Origin: Paraspadella gotoi
Lineage: Eukaryota > Animalia > Chaetognatha
Reading direction: 5' to 3'
DNA: 64,000 nucleotides
Assembly (NCBI GenBank): GCA_051294375.1
Contig: CM119265.1
Coordinates: 18,338,631 to 18,402,630, forward strand
The translations under genes and the position numbers were made by a program. The notes under the pieces were generated by a model that saw nothing but the letters and a program-made list of their open reading frames with translations, made no database searches and was not told where the DNA came from. How positions within the stretch are numbered: position 1 is the first letter of the stretch; each line of letters begins with the position of its first letter. This document shows positions 41,859-55,039 of the stretch, one piece after another.

Positions 41859-42152
41859 CTGAAGGTCGAGCTTCTCGGCGTTCCGCGGCAACCCCCTCGG
41901 CACCGTGGACAGACCCCGATGGGAACAGTCCAGGTGAGACCCTTGACAGATGCACTCTTTGGGACAATCGTCGAAGGACCGCAAGAGGCCGTCGGCCGGC
42001 GTCGCCGACAACGACGATAGGAGAATGACGAGGAGGACGAAGGCGAGCGACGACGACGACGTCCACGACGACGATGGCGACGATCGCCTTCGTCGAGACG
42101 TCGTCGTCGAGTCTCGCGCTTCACGACGAACGTTTACGGCGTCAGAGGTCAT
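41859..42152 (-). CDS. slit: slit coding exon 1: signal peptide + D1 LRRNT + start of first LRR
   Basis: ATG in ACAATGA context; MTSDAV...LAFVLLVILLSSLSATPADG (hydrophobic core) then CPKECICQGSHLDCSHRGLSTVPRGLPRNAEKLDLQ, matching the Slit D1 N-cap. 294 nt, donor CAG|GTAACC, phase 0. Confidence 0.93.
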
Positions 42153-43746
42153 TGTTTCTTCGTTCCTTGTTTTGGTTTTCGAGTTGTTTCGTTTTTGTTC
42201 GCTCGTTTTTTCTCACTCCAATCGGCGACTTTTTTTTTTACTTTTCTCTTCTTTTTATTTTGTTTATTTATTTTTTTTTTCGTTTTTAGGTTCTCGAAGT
42301 TTGTTTTTTTTTGTTTTTGTTTTTTTCCAGTAGCTTTTCAAAAAATCGCGCCCAAGTTTTCGCGGTCGAAAAATCTTTTTGGCCGAGATTCGCGGTTTTT
42401 TTTGTTTTGTTTTTGTTTACCTTTTTTTCCGGATGATTTAAGTCGACAGGCGGCGACGACGACGTCAGACGCTCGTCTCCCGCGCGAACAAAAGGCCTCT
42501 GTGCATCAGACGATCCTCGTCGAGGAAAAAAAAAAACTTTCTTTTTTTCCGAAAATAAAATAAAAAATTTCGTCGCTCCAGGGAGATGATTTATTCCTAT
42601 TTTTTATTGTTCGCCTTTTTTATTCTTTTTTTTTTTTTGCGTAAAACTATTTTTATATATTTTTTTTTATTTTCCCCTCGCTCGTTCTCGTTTTTCTAAA
42701 AAAAAAATATTTAATAATCCTTCTCGAATTTCGACTTTTTTTATTATTATCTCGTGTTTGTTTACGTTTTCATTCCGTCGATTTGTTTTGATTTTTTTTT
42801 CACTCTTTTACATCTTTTATGTGTTCATTTGGTTCCTTCTCTCTCGTCGTCTTTTTTTACGCGATCTCCTCAGCGGGCCACGACCCTTGACCCTTTGAGG
42901 AGGCGAGGCGGTGGGAGGAGGAAGAGCGGGATGAGGAAGAGGAAGAGGATGAGGAGGAAGAGAAGATGAACTCGCCAAAAANNNNNNNNNNNNNNNNNNN
43001 NNNNNNNNNNNNNNNNNNNNNNNNNNNNNNNNNNNNNNNNNNNNNNNNNNNNNNNNNNNNNNNNNNNNNNNNNNNNNNNNNNNNNNNNNNNNNNNNNNNN
43101 NNNNNNNNNNNNNNNNNNNNNNNNNNNNNNNNNNNNNNNNNNNNNNNNNNAGGAGGAGGAGGAGCAGGTGAGGCGTGGAGTGATGTTTCTGTTGCGCTTA
43201 TCGTCGTTTTTGTTTATTCGTCGCTCGATGTTGTTTCTGAGTTTTTCTTCTCCTCGTCGTCGTCGTCGTTTTTCGCGGAATTTTGTTGTTGTTGTTGTTG
43301 TCTTCCGTTGTTGTCTTCCAATCGATTCGCTCCTTTGGTTCACATGACGACGGCAGAGGTAAACAAAGTTTGTTTTTCTTTTCTCGTTCACCTGGCATAA
43401 ATAAAAAAGGTAAGTTAAGTGGGGAAACGTATTACGAGGGAAAACCCGTTTTCAATTTCGCTTCTCGGAAGGAAAAAAAAAACAAATATAAAAAGTATAG
43501 AAAAAAACATATTAAAAAAAAAACGAGAAAGAAACAAATATGAATCATCAAGACTAAAGTTCTCCAAAAAAAAATCAAATTGAGCACTCAGTATTTTTAT
43601 CCTTTTCCTTCTTCATTCCGAATCTGGGTTATCGCGGGAAACAATCAAGACCGAAAAAGAGTTCTGGACCCCGACAAATGGAACTCGATACGTCCCGGGT
43701 TCGAGGTCTTTGGGCCGAGAGAGAGAGAAGAGACTGAGGAAGAGAG

Positions 43747-43777
<31 letters not shown>

Positions 43778-44870
43778 CCGGTCGCGATGGCCGGCGATTA
43801 TGCAAATGTGAATTTAGTGGTTCCAATTTTGTGGGAAAGATTGGCCAGTGCCACGTTGTTGATCGGGAATCGAAAAAGAACGAGACTTCGATGGTGGGAG
43901 GATGAAGAAAAGGTGGGAAAGTCAAGGGTGGTTTACGTGCTCGCGATCCCTGAGGTCTTACTTTTTTAATCTCAAGATAAAAATGTGTACAGCATTCTCA
44001 ACGAGGTTTATTATAAATAATTTAAAGATTATACTGGTTGTACTTATTCTGCCCTTAACAATTGATATTTCTGTTACAAATTACATCAGCCTCGTACCCG
44101 GGACGAACTGGATCCTGAAAAAGAAAATTAAACTTAATCTCAATCTTAATCAGAACTTAAACTAAAAAAGAGAAATCTAATCAGTCGCCCAAGGGACGAC
44201 AGAGAAAGAAAGGAAAGAGAGAAGAAAATTTGGAAGAAAAGAGTGAAAGCAGGGAAAGAAGATCACCCATTCACAGAATACGTTAAACTTTCAAAAAAAA
44301 ACGAAATTGTGAAATGAGCGTGAAAATTAACCAAGGGCGACCGTTGATGGGTCCAAATGCCACGGGGCCATGGAGTCCCAACGCTGTAGCGCCATCGTTT
44401 CGCTCTTCAGGTTCATGAAATTCAATTTCGTTCTCGCGACTTCGATTCGTCGCTAAAAAAGTCTCCGTAGCGCTGAGTCTCTCCGGCGAGTCAGATTCTC
44501 TCGCTTACTTTTTCTCTTTCCGCTTTTTCATGCCTTTTTTTTCGTGGGGAGGGGTCTTTTTTTGCGGTTGTATTTGAATGAGAATTTAGGATTTTTGACT
44601 TTTCTTGCGATCATGCTTCTTTTTCTCCTTTCTGATTATTTTTAGTTTTGACCCTCTTTTCATTTTTTGGGGCGTTTGCGGTTCTTTGAAATATTTGAAA
44701 TATTTTATTGTAATTTCTGCTTTCTCGTCCCTAACATCTTTTCTGCTTTTTTTTTGCTTCCTTTATTGCTTTCTTCGAAATCGTTTTACGCTTCTTTTCG
44801 CTTCGATAAATTCTTCGTCAAAATCGATTTCACCGAACCTGGTTCTGACAAGAGGGCACTTTTGTTCAAT

Positions 44871-44939
<69 letters not shown>

Positions 44940-47347
44940 TCTCTCCTCTCTCTCTCCTCTTAAATTTTAAGTCATTAATCCCTCGACTATTTATATAGTT
45001 TTAACAATAATCGGATTTTCAATGATGTTAAGTTTTTACTTTTTAAACTTCGGTTACACCGAATTTCCTTTCTTAAATAATCCAGTTTATCGGCCATTTC
45101 GATTTTTTATTCTCACTTTTTATTTTCTGATGTCAAAGGAAGCTGTAATAGGTCATAAAAAGCGCGATTTTCCATCGAAAGCAGAACATTTAAAACAATT
45201 GTTGACTGGTTCCGGTAGCCCAAAAAAAACTCAATTTTTTGATTTTCCCAAAGCCTCGGTTTCGAACGGAAATAACGAAAAACCCAAGCCGCAACGACTC
45301 GGAATTGATCTTAATCACAAAAAAAGGAAAGACAGAGATAGGAGACGTGTTTCGATTTCTTCGCCTGCGTCTCATTCAAAAAAAGAAAATCTCTCTGCGG
45401 TTTTTCTTCAATTTTCTTTTCTCTTTTCATTTTCGGTCGTCATCCTCTTCGCACTTTTTTCTTGTTCTCTCGTTTGTCAAATCTGTTCATTGTTCCATTT
45501 TTATTTCGGCTGTCAATTCTTGCCTCGATTGCCTCCATGCACAAATTATAGGCGAAGATTTATTTACAAGACAAAAAAAAAAAGAAAGAAGAAGAGACGG
45601 GGATCCAATTATTGAAGAAAGGAATTCAAAAAAAAAGTGACTAAATTTAAATCTCGCCTATCTCTTTTTTTTTTTTTGTACATTTAAATATTAAATATTA
45701 CGTCACTTTATTTAATTTCTTTTTTAAAAAAAAACGAAAAGACCCGATAGAACGTAACATGAACGCAAAAAATACGTGCAACATAAAACATAGAAAGAGA
45801 GCAAGTTTTTAATTGATTGTTAATTTCGGCGTTCAAAAATCTCCGACAGATAAATCCTTTGAAAAGAATTTTAAAAAAAAAGAAAATTGATCGCCCAAGC
45901 GAATCCGAAAATTTCTCCAAATACGTTGTTTCTTATCACGAGGGCGTTAAGAGGAGCTCGGAACTGTGAGCCTTCGGTGACCGCCGTCTCGCCGACAGGA
46001 CTCACACACAGTCTATGCTCCCTCCTACATTGTCCCACTTGGCCCACGGCCAAAGAGAAAAAAATGAAGAAAAAATTTCGCCGAGTGCTTAGATATATGA
46101 CAAATGAGCGAAAAGAGTTTATTGAGGAACCGAAAGCGCAGAGAGTGAAAGCGCTGCTCCTTTTTTTTTTTTCGGTTCTGGCATTTCCTCCTTTCCACTT
46201 CTACACCCTTGCCCACCACTGGCCACCTGCAAGGCTCGTGGTCCACGACGCGCTTGCACCTTCCCCATCGATCCCACATACATCATCGCTTTCGGTACCC
46301 AATCTAAATAAGAGATCACCCCTGGGGTCATTCGGTTCTTGCAAGAACGGGTGGGTCGGTAGGGGGGAGAAGAGAAGGGGCGTAATCGTCGGAATTCGCC
46401 TCGGGGTTCGATCCCAGTTGAGGGGCGAGCGCCGGTCTTTGCCCAAAAGTGCTGCGGTTGTGGCCACTTTGGGGTATTCGCACCTACACCGAGTGCGGCG
46501 AGGAAATGGCGTGTGAGAAATGCTTTAAGGTATGTTAAGTTTTGTAATTTTTACTTAGTTTTTAATATGCTGACTTTTGCAAGAATATCTATTATTTCAA
46601 AAGATGACTTTGGACTTGTTTATTGCCGTTAAGGCCTCCACTCCCCCTTTACAAACATAATAACATATGTACAGGACCCTCACAAACCTTACACAATACT
46701 ACATTTTCTAACAAGCTTGAACCTTGCTTACTTATTAAACAGTGGGATCTTATTATAAGGAATTTAAGAGTGAATGTCTCGGGGTAATGCAGCCCATGGA
46801 CCGTTTTGGAATATCCGAATTTCAAACGTTTTGCTTGCTTGAGACGGCCAGGGATAAAAGATTCGGCGAAAGTTCGCTATTTGCAATGCAAGTCTGTTTG
46901 CAGTTGGTAGGCAAAAGAGAAAGAAAAAAGAGAGGATGAGTAGAGAGAATCGTTTTATGGGTCAGATTCTGTGTTCGATGTTGGAAGAGACTTCAAAAAA
47001 AAAAAACGCTAATCGACTAATCCTTTTGCGGGAGGCGGGTGGGTAATTCCGACCGGACGGCCCTGTGTCTGCGTCTGAGGCCCATTGCCTCCTCCATCAT
47101 TCTCCTTCTACCACCCGTATCGATTTTACAAGATCAGTTCGCATTTCTCTTTGACACTCTTCTATTTTATTTAACCATTGGAAACATTGTTACGATTCTC
47201 ATTTCAATGCTCGATTTCTCTCTTTTCTGTCGGCAGTGTCGTAAAACATCGTCCCTTTGCACTGCGCACACCAGTTTTTTAGTCAAAAAGCGCACTGGCT
47301 GAATCCAAAATCGCACCATCTCCTTGCTCCTCTAGAGTAAATACTAA

Positions 47348-47810
47348 AACAAGAACGGGTGATTCCCCAATGTGTTGCGTCCCAGTACTTTTTCCTTTCA
47401 ACATATCCTGAGAAGTGATATGGATGAAATGACATGACAGTGACATATACAATGACTAAAAAATGCGATTATTAGGCGCGTGTATTTTATGACACGCTGC
47501 CGATCAAAATAGGTACGACCGGAGGAGGCCTAAGGAAGGAGAATTAAGGAGAGGGGAGGTCGATGAGGAAGTGGCAATAATCATCGATCTTTCTTACTTT
47601 TGAGATGGTTCTGAAGGCGCTAGCAGTCCTCCTTTGGGATTGAGGTTTTTTCTGTTCTTAACAAAGTGAGCAATTCTAACTATATGGTCAAATCTCGGGT
47701 CCTTTCTGAATAAACACGTTAAGGTGGACACGACGACCGACGACGGACAACGATGCGAAACAAGTAACTTATAGTGTTGCCTTCGCGAGTTACTCTCGGC
47801 GCAAACTAAA
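47348..47810. mobile_element. Helentron/DINE-1-like element, copy B
   Basis: AACAAGAACGGGTGATTCC...TGTGTTGCG, ATGAC repeats, GACG/GACC tract, AAGTAACTTATAGTGTTGC + hairpin + CTAAAAAA. Different flanks and interior from copy A. Seen again reverse-complemented at about 57603-58070 (assembly duplicate) and partly at 48615-48805. Confidence 0.58.
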
Positions 47811-48004
47811 AAACACCAAGAATCATCCGTCAACCGAGGTCACGATATTCGAATAAGTCGGATGATTTCCTTTGCGCAATGTTTTACTTTTTAAGAGTCG
47901 AAGATTCTCCTGTTTACAATCTGGATAATCCAAAGCATCTGTCGCCGACTCGGTCGGTGATGTTGGGTCGTTTTGAAGANNNNNNNNNNNNNNNNNNNNN
48001 NNNN

Positions 48005-48930
48005 CGTACATTGAAAATGAGATCGTAAACCAAATGTTTCCATGGTTAAATAAATAGAAGAGTGTCAAAGAGAAAATCGGAGCTGCTTGTAAATCGATAC
48101 GGGGGTAGAAAGGAGAAATGATGGAGGGAGGGAATGGGCTCAGCCGACACGGGCCGTCCCGGCGGGACTTACCCCACCCCCTCCCGCAAAAGATTAGTCG
48201 CATTAGCGTTTTTTTTTCTGAGTCTCTTCCACATCGAATACAAATCGATCCCATAAACGATTCTCTCTCTCTCTCTCTCTGTCTTTCTTTCTCTTTGCCT
48301 ACCAATGCAAACGACATTGCATTTGCAAATAGCGAACTTCGCCGAATCTTTTATCCTACGCCGTCTAAGCAAGCAAACGTCCTTGAAATTCGGTTTCCAA
48401 CGTCCATGCTGATTACCGAGGACATTCCTCTTCAAATTTTATATAAGACCCACGTTTAATAAGCTAAGCAAGTGTTCAAGCTTGTTAGAAAATGTAGTAG
48501 TGTAAGGTTTGGAGGGTCCTGTACATATGTTATTATTTTTGTTATAGGGGGGAGTGGAGGCCTTAACCAATAACCAAGTCCAAAGTCATTTCTTGAAATA
48601 ATAGNNNNNNNNNNCGCCGCCTTCAGGAAATCATAAAACTTGAAGGAATAAAAGGGGGAATTTTGATGCAGTGCGTGTCATAAATACACGGGCTAATAAA
48701 TTTTTTAGTCATGTTATGTCATGTCATGTCATATCATATCATTATCATATGTTCAAAGGGAAATACACTGTGGCGTAACACATTGGAATCACCGTTCTTG
48801 TTTTAGTATTTTGACTCTAGAGGAAGCAAGGAGTGGTGCGATTTTGGAGTTAGCATTGCGCTTTTGTTAAAAACTTGGGTCCAGTGAACAGGGACGATGT
48901 TTTACGACACTGCGACAGAAAAAGAGAAAT
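48005..48930 (+). repeat. Two small contigs forming a third copy of part of the inverted segment
   Basis: 48005-48604 matches about 58208-58840 forward; 48670-48930 resembles about 57915-58208 forward. They are in swapped order and bounded by N gaps. Confidence 0.8.
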
Positions 48931-49165
48931 NNNNNNNNNNNNNNNNNNNNNNNNNTTCTCAGCCTTCTCTGCGAATCTTTATTTAATTCGGGCCGTCGTC
49001 GTCGTTGTCTTCGTCGTCGTCGTCGTCGTTCTTACCTACGTCTACCGGCGTAAAGATGTTCCGTCAACAAATCGAAAGTTGATGCGAAAGATGTTATTTT
49101 TTTCTGTTAAATATTTGTCCTTAATTAAAGAGACTTCGGGCCGGATTTAGAGAGAGGAGAGAGAG

Positions 49166-49231
<66 letters not shown>

Positions 49232-50001
49232 ACTGGTTGTGAGCGAATGAGAGATTTTTTTGTTTTCAATAAACTTTGTAAAGTGGACTGGCTCATTGAA
49301 TCTGTCTATTTGAAATAGGAAAAAAAGTTAAACTCAAAATTGGTCGCTAAAATTTTTAAAAGAAAAAAAAAAAAGAGCGAGAAACTTTCAGTTTTACTTT
49401 GACAGGCTCGTTCTAATCGCTTGTCAAATAAATTCATAATCATAATCATAATCATAATCAATAATCATAATCATGCTTCTAAAATCCTTATCATAATTTA
49501 AAAAAACGCCATAATTTTTCAAAATTTAGGGGTAAAAATCGCAGGAAACTTTTTAAAAATTTATACAGATATTTGAACTCTAACATTAATTCTCTATGAA
49601 AAAAAATTCCGTTAGAAAATGAATAAAAGAAAAAGAAGAAAGGAAAAATTAAGAAGGAATAGAAAGAAAGAAAGGAAGAAATAAAGAAAAGAAAGAAAGA
49701 AAGAAAGAAAAGAAAGAAAGAAAAGAAAAGAAAGAAAGAAAGAAAGAAAAGAAAGAAAGAAAGAAAGAAATCATTAACTTTACCCAATGGATGAGTTCGC
49801 TTAGACACTTGATTGGAAACGCCGTAAGACACCTTCGTCTTAATCCGTCGTCCTAGTTGTCGTCGTCGTCGTCGTCGCCCTTCCCCAACGGTTGACATTC
49901 ATGTTTATTTCTTGTTATAAAACCGTTTGAGGTGGGCGATTATCATTTCGTTTCCCCGGCATAACTGTCTGTCCTTGTCTGAAAAGTCATACCTAGTTCT
50001 A

Positions 50002-50036
<35 letters not shown>

Positions 50037-50786
50037 ATCTCTCTCTCTGCTCTCGGGTCTCTCTTCTCTTCGTTCTCTCTCTCCTCTCTCTCCTGCTGGT
50101 TCCCATACGCAATTTTTTTCTAATTCAGTCGTCGGCGATTTATATCACCTCCTCTCTTCTCTCTCTCTCTCCTCTCTCTCTCTCATCATCTCTCTGCTGC
50201 TCTCTCTCTCCTCTCTTTCTAACTCTGAAAACTCGGTTTCCAGGTCCCAATCATTCCATATTTCAAATCTCGAACGAGAATTTCGACAAAGAGAGACAAG
50301 TCGAGAGTCGGGTCCATTTTTTCAAATCTCCGCAAGGCAACACCCATTTTTGCACCTTCAGTTGGCGCACGCCCCACTTTTTCGACCAACGCCTATATAG
50401 AAGTCGTAGTGCACCACTTTGGCCAACTTCTCTACTACTCTTATGAAGGGCCTACCCTTTTCCAATCCCCGGCTCTCGTCCCTTTCGCCCCGCCACGCCC
50501 TATTCTCTCTTCCCTCACCTTCCTCTTAACCCATCGATCCTCATGAAATGACCTCAGGCCTCAATAAACTCATGGCCACCCTCACCGAGGCTCAGCGCCC
50601 AATAGGATTCTAAAATTTGGCCGCCGAGAAATCCATTTCGTGTCTCGGCCTCAGCGGCTGCGCAACGTTTTTTTTGAACACAATCCACCGAATCCTTATC
50701 CACACTTAACCCTTAGATACGACAATCACTACGGCACCGCGCGACAGACTGCTTAAACATCCCCAGCTGCGCACTCCCTCACGAAC

Positions 50787-50926
50787 GCTCAGCCTCTCAT
50801 GGACTGGCAAATCGGCGAAAAGGCTCCTTTCTCGATGGCTGGCGATTTTGTTGTCCAAGCGATGGAGAAATCTTGAGGCGTTTGAGGCCGGCGAATCGCC
50901 GCGACGAATCGCCGTCAGTTGTTGCC
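50787..50926 (-). other. Frameshifted redundant copy of slit exon 2
   Basis: Near-identical to 38024-38160 with multiple 1-nt indels. Confidence 0.8.
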
Positions 50927-53900
50927 CTGGAATGGAGGGGGGGGGGACATTTCCGAGGGATGAGTAAATGAAAGAACTGAGAAGGGTCCAGGACAGAAAT
51001 AATGGAGAGAAGCGAAAAAGACGCGGCGGACCATCCGACAGCAGTGAGATGGCGGCAACTAAAGAGGAGGAGTCGGAAGATATTTGGGGGCTCTCTTAAC
51101 GGAAAAGCAGCAGAAATTCACATTATAGCGATATTAGCATTACAGGAGATACAGCGATGGAATCGCGGATCGGAAGCTCGAGTGTTAACAATTCAGAAAC
51201 AGTAACCAGTAACGGTATCAATAACAGAGTAAAAAGACTAAAGCTTTTTAAAGGGATAAAAAGTTTATGAAAATAGCACTTTTTAAAAATAAATGTAAAA
51301 ATTTAATAAATTTAACCATATATTAAGCTTTAATTAATATTCTTTATATAGAGTAAATATTTCCTTTTATAATGTTATGGGGAGAGGGATGTTCGTGTTG
51401 TCCTTCTGGAAAAAAGAGGGAGAGAAGCAATTATACAACACATAGAGTCAAAAGTTACTTTCTGTCCTAGTTTTCTAATTAGTATGAACACATCATTCTT
51501 GTTAAGAAGTGCATTTATTGAAATATCAAAATAATCTAAAAAGACTGAACAGAAAGGGGTGGAGAAATAATTTTGGTTATGGGATTATGGTTATTTTATG
51601 ATTCTTATTGTTGAGGTTAATGACTACAAGGTAGAATTGTTTTTCCTGATAGGGATACATACCGAGGAAAGCTTTTTAAAAAGAAAGGGGCGTCCTTATA
51701 TATACATGTAAATTTAATAATATTATTTGTTATTCTTATAATTTTATAGAATACATTTGTTATTTATTTTTTAATATTTTTATATATTTCAAAAAAATTT
51801 TCGAGGTCATCAATTGGGGAAATTCCATATCTTTCATAGATTCGGCTCTTTAAATCGCATATCCAAGTAACAGAGTAAGACTAGCTTTTTTAAGGGATAA
51901 AAGTTTATATCATATCAAATATATAAAACAATAGAATGAATATTTAATATTTTTTTCTTTTTAATTAAGTAATAAAAAATAGGAACTGACGTACTTCAGT
52001 AACTCTCTAAAAAACGAGAGCGTTATAAATTGCCTACATAACTTAAGGAGAGCAAGATTTTTATATATGGCTTCTGCGTGTAATTGCCTATCGAAAGAAC
52101 TAAATAATAAACTTTGATATTTGAACCATGTAACTTTTTTATAATCTTAGCTCACAAACAAGTTTGAGTTTATGAATTAACGTAACTGAGATTTTAAATC
52201 CTCAATTCTTTAGTTACTTCAATTTCCGTTAAAATTTTAAAAGCCACCCACAATTTATGCTAAAAGAAAAATAAAATAGCAATGTTGAAAAAAGGTGCTT
52301 CAAAAATGTACTGCAATATTGGCAAAATTATATTTTTAAAGCATTCCGTACTCTAATTGACAAAAAGTAACAATAATAAGCTTTTTTAAGGGATAAAAGT
52401 TTATAATTATATTCATATATAATAAAATATATAGATCAGTTTTTCAAAGAGGGCTGACGGAGCTTCATAACTGCTCTAAAAACGAGAGTGTTATATATTG
52501 GCCTATAACTTAGGCGAGATAAATGGATTAGTTTTAGCTTTTTTTTTCGAAGATTAAATCAGGATAAAAGCCGAATTTTGCGCTAAATTCACTAAACAAT
52601 TAAAAAGTCATATTTGTTATTAACGCAATTTAGAGCCATAACAAAATAACGTTGAGTTTATCATGTTTATATATTGCTTGACTAATTTTAATACATATTA
52701 ATAATAGAAATTTAAAATCCAATTGAAAGTGAAAATTGATTTTCAAATTTTTTTTTTCTGCAATATTAAAATATACAAAAATCACCTGACAAGTTGTTTC
52801 CTTTATAAAAAAGTTTTGAGATTATTTTTTCTTTTTTTCATTATCAGTCTTCCTCCATTATGACAACCGTGTCTTAACCCTCCCACGATCTGGCTGTTGT
52901 TTTCTTTAATTCCCCCCATCCCATTCTGACGTCCGTTTTTTAGTTAGCGTCGTCGTTGTCGTCGTCGTCGTCGTCATTTGGTGGCGCCGAAGATAGAAAA
53001 ATTGTACAGAAAAAGAATGAAAATCTCAGGAAACAAAAAATAGAAAGGGAAAAACAAATCGCAGAAATTTATGAATTTGTTGAAATGGAGCGATTTAGCG
53101 GAAATCCTCTAATAAAAAGTATTAATTCCCCATTTTTTTAAATTTTTTCAAAGCATATTATTATTTTTTCAAAGCAAATATTATTATTTTCAGAAGGAAT
53201 TAACGCTTGATCCTCACACCCCCCCCCAAAAAAGAAAAAAAAAACTTTCGTCTCTGCTCTGTCCTTTTAAATTCTCTTTGTATTTTTGGTTTTTAATTTT
53301 GTTCTCCTAATTTTTTTTTAAAACATTTAACGATCTTCTCCGTTTTCTTTTGTTTCTTTCAAATGTGGAAAAGGCGTCGCCATCTCCTCAGCATCCTTCA
53401 ACCTGCCTCACCCTGAAAAAAAAATGCGCACGCCTACCATCTCTTTCCTCAGGCTCAGTTCCTATACGGGGCAAAATAAAGAGAGAGCTAATCAAAGCCG
53501 AGTGTCTCCTCACACTTTCTCTCTCTTCATCTCTCTCTCTCTTCTCCTTCATCTCTCAATCTCTCTCTCTCTCTCTCTGTGTTCTGTCTCGTTTTATTCC
53601 TTTCGGTTTCAATTTAAGGGTCGGCATCTTCTCTTCCTCGAAGTTTTGCCTTTTTTATCTTTTTCTACGGAGACACTTTTTTCACTCTCTCTTTTTTTCC
53701 TTCCTTTCTCTTTTCTTTTCTTTATCCTCTTTTTTTCGCGTATCTCGTCTCGGAGGGAGGGAGGGAGGGGGGCGGAGACCCGAAGCTCAGGAAGACGATT
53801 TGCAGTCGACGGAAAACAACAACGACAACGAAGACCGAACGACGACGAATGACAAAGACGTCAAAAATTAGGCGACGAAACGATGAAACGACAATGTGCT

Positions 53901-54219
53901 CAGTAAGAAACTGGAAAGAAAAAGTAGTAACAAGAAGAGTAAAACGATTTTAATTTGTAAAAAGACGAAAACGATGAAAAGAAAACTAGAGAGTTAGTAG
54001 TATGAGATTAAAAAATCGGTTCGTAACCAGACAAGACGTCGCAAACCGGTTTAACCTTTTAATGTCACAACGATAATTTAAAAATAACTTTATGAGACGA
54101 AACTCTAAACTTACATCAATATAATTTTAATCGACGCCTGCCAACCTCGACCAAAAAAGAGCGTAAACATTATTTCCCGGAAATCTTCAGAGAACGCAAC
54201 GTCAATGGTTGGCGGCGAA

Positions 54220-54271
<52 letters not shown>

Positions 54272-54727
54272 AGAGAGAAGAGAGACACGTCATCATCGCC
54301 TCCTTCCGTATTTTAGTTCAATTCCTCGAAAGGATGAAATATTTTGTCTGGATTATGCGACTTGGACCAAACGTTGGAAAACATCGCGGGTGGCTACGAG
54401 CGGCTCTTAGAGGCCTGTGGCAACAACATCTGCTGCGGTCGGCACACGAAATAAAGTGTCTTAAGGCGGTCTTCTCAGTTTCCGCTCGTCACAACAATCG
54501 GTTCCGCATTAGATTCGGTGATTTGCTCACGCAATCCCCTTTTTTTGCCCTAAGGAGTCTAACGATGGCCTTTCGCCTTTGGTCGTAAAAATACCTCACG
54601 ATATTTCACTAGTGCTCGGCAAAGAGGTTCAGATTTGAGTTTAATCACTAAAAAAAAATGTAAAAAAAAACCACCAAACAAACAAACACAAAACCAATTT
54701 TTAAAAAAACGTTTTCTCCTCCGGTTA

Positions 54728-55039
54728 CTCTGAAAGGGTGAGGCTTCTCGCGTTTCGCGCGGCAACCCCCCTCGCAGCCCGTGGACAGACCCCGATGGGA
54801 ACATCCCGGTGAGACCCTTGACAGAATTTGCACCTCTTTGGGACAATCGTCGAAAGGACGCGCAAGAAGGCCGTCGGCCGGCGTCAGCCGACAACGACGA
54901 TAGGAGAATGACGAGGAGGACCCGAAGGCGAGCGACGACGGACGGACTCCACGACGAGCGATGGCGACATCGCCTTCGTCGAGACTTTCGCGTCGAGTCT
55001 CGCGCTTCACGACGAACGTTTACGGCCGTCAGAGGTCAT
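54728..55039 (-). other. Frameshifted redundant copy of slit exon 1 (likely sequencing-error copy, not a paralog)
   Basis: Fragments FDDCPKE and CSHRGLST appear in shifting frames; many single-base indels relative to 41859-42152. Confidence 0.8.

Noticed and set aside
46405-46415. tRNA/SINE B-box-like GGTTCGATCCC
   Set aside because: No A box or cloverleaf; altered in the duplicate copy.
45887-46516. 209-aa ORF
   Set aside because: No recognisable domain; frame not preserved in the inverted duplicate.
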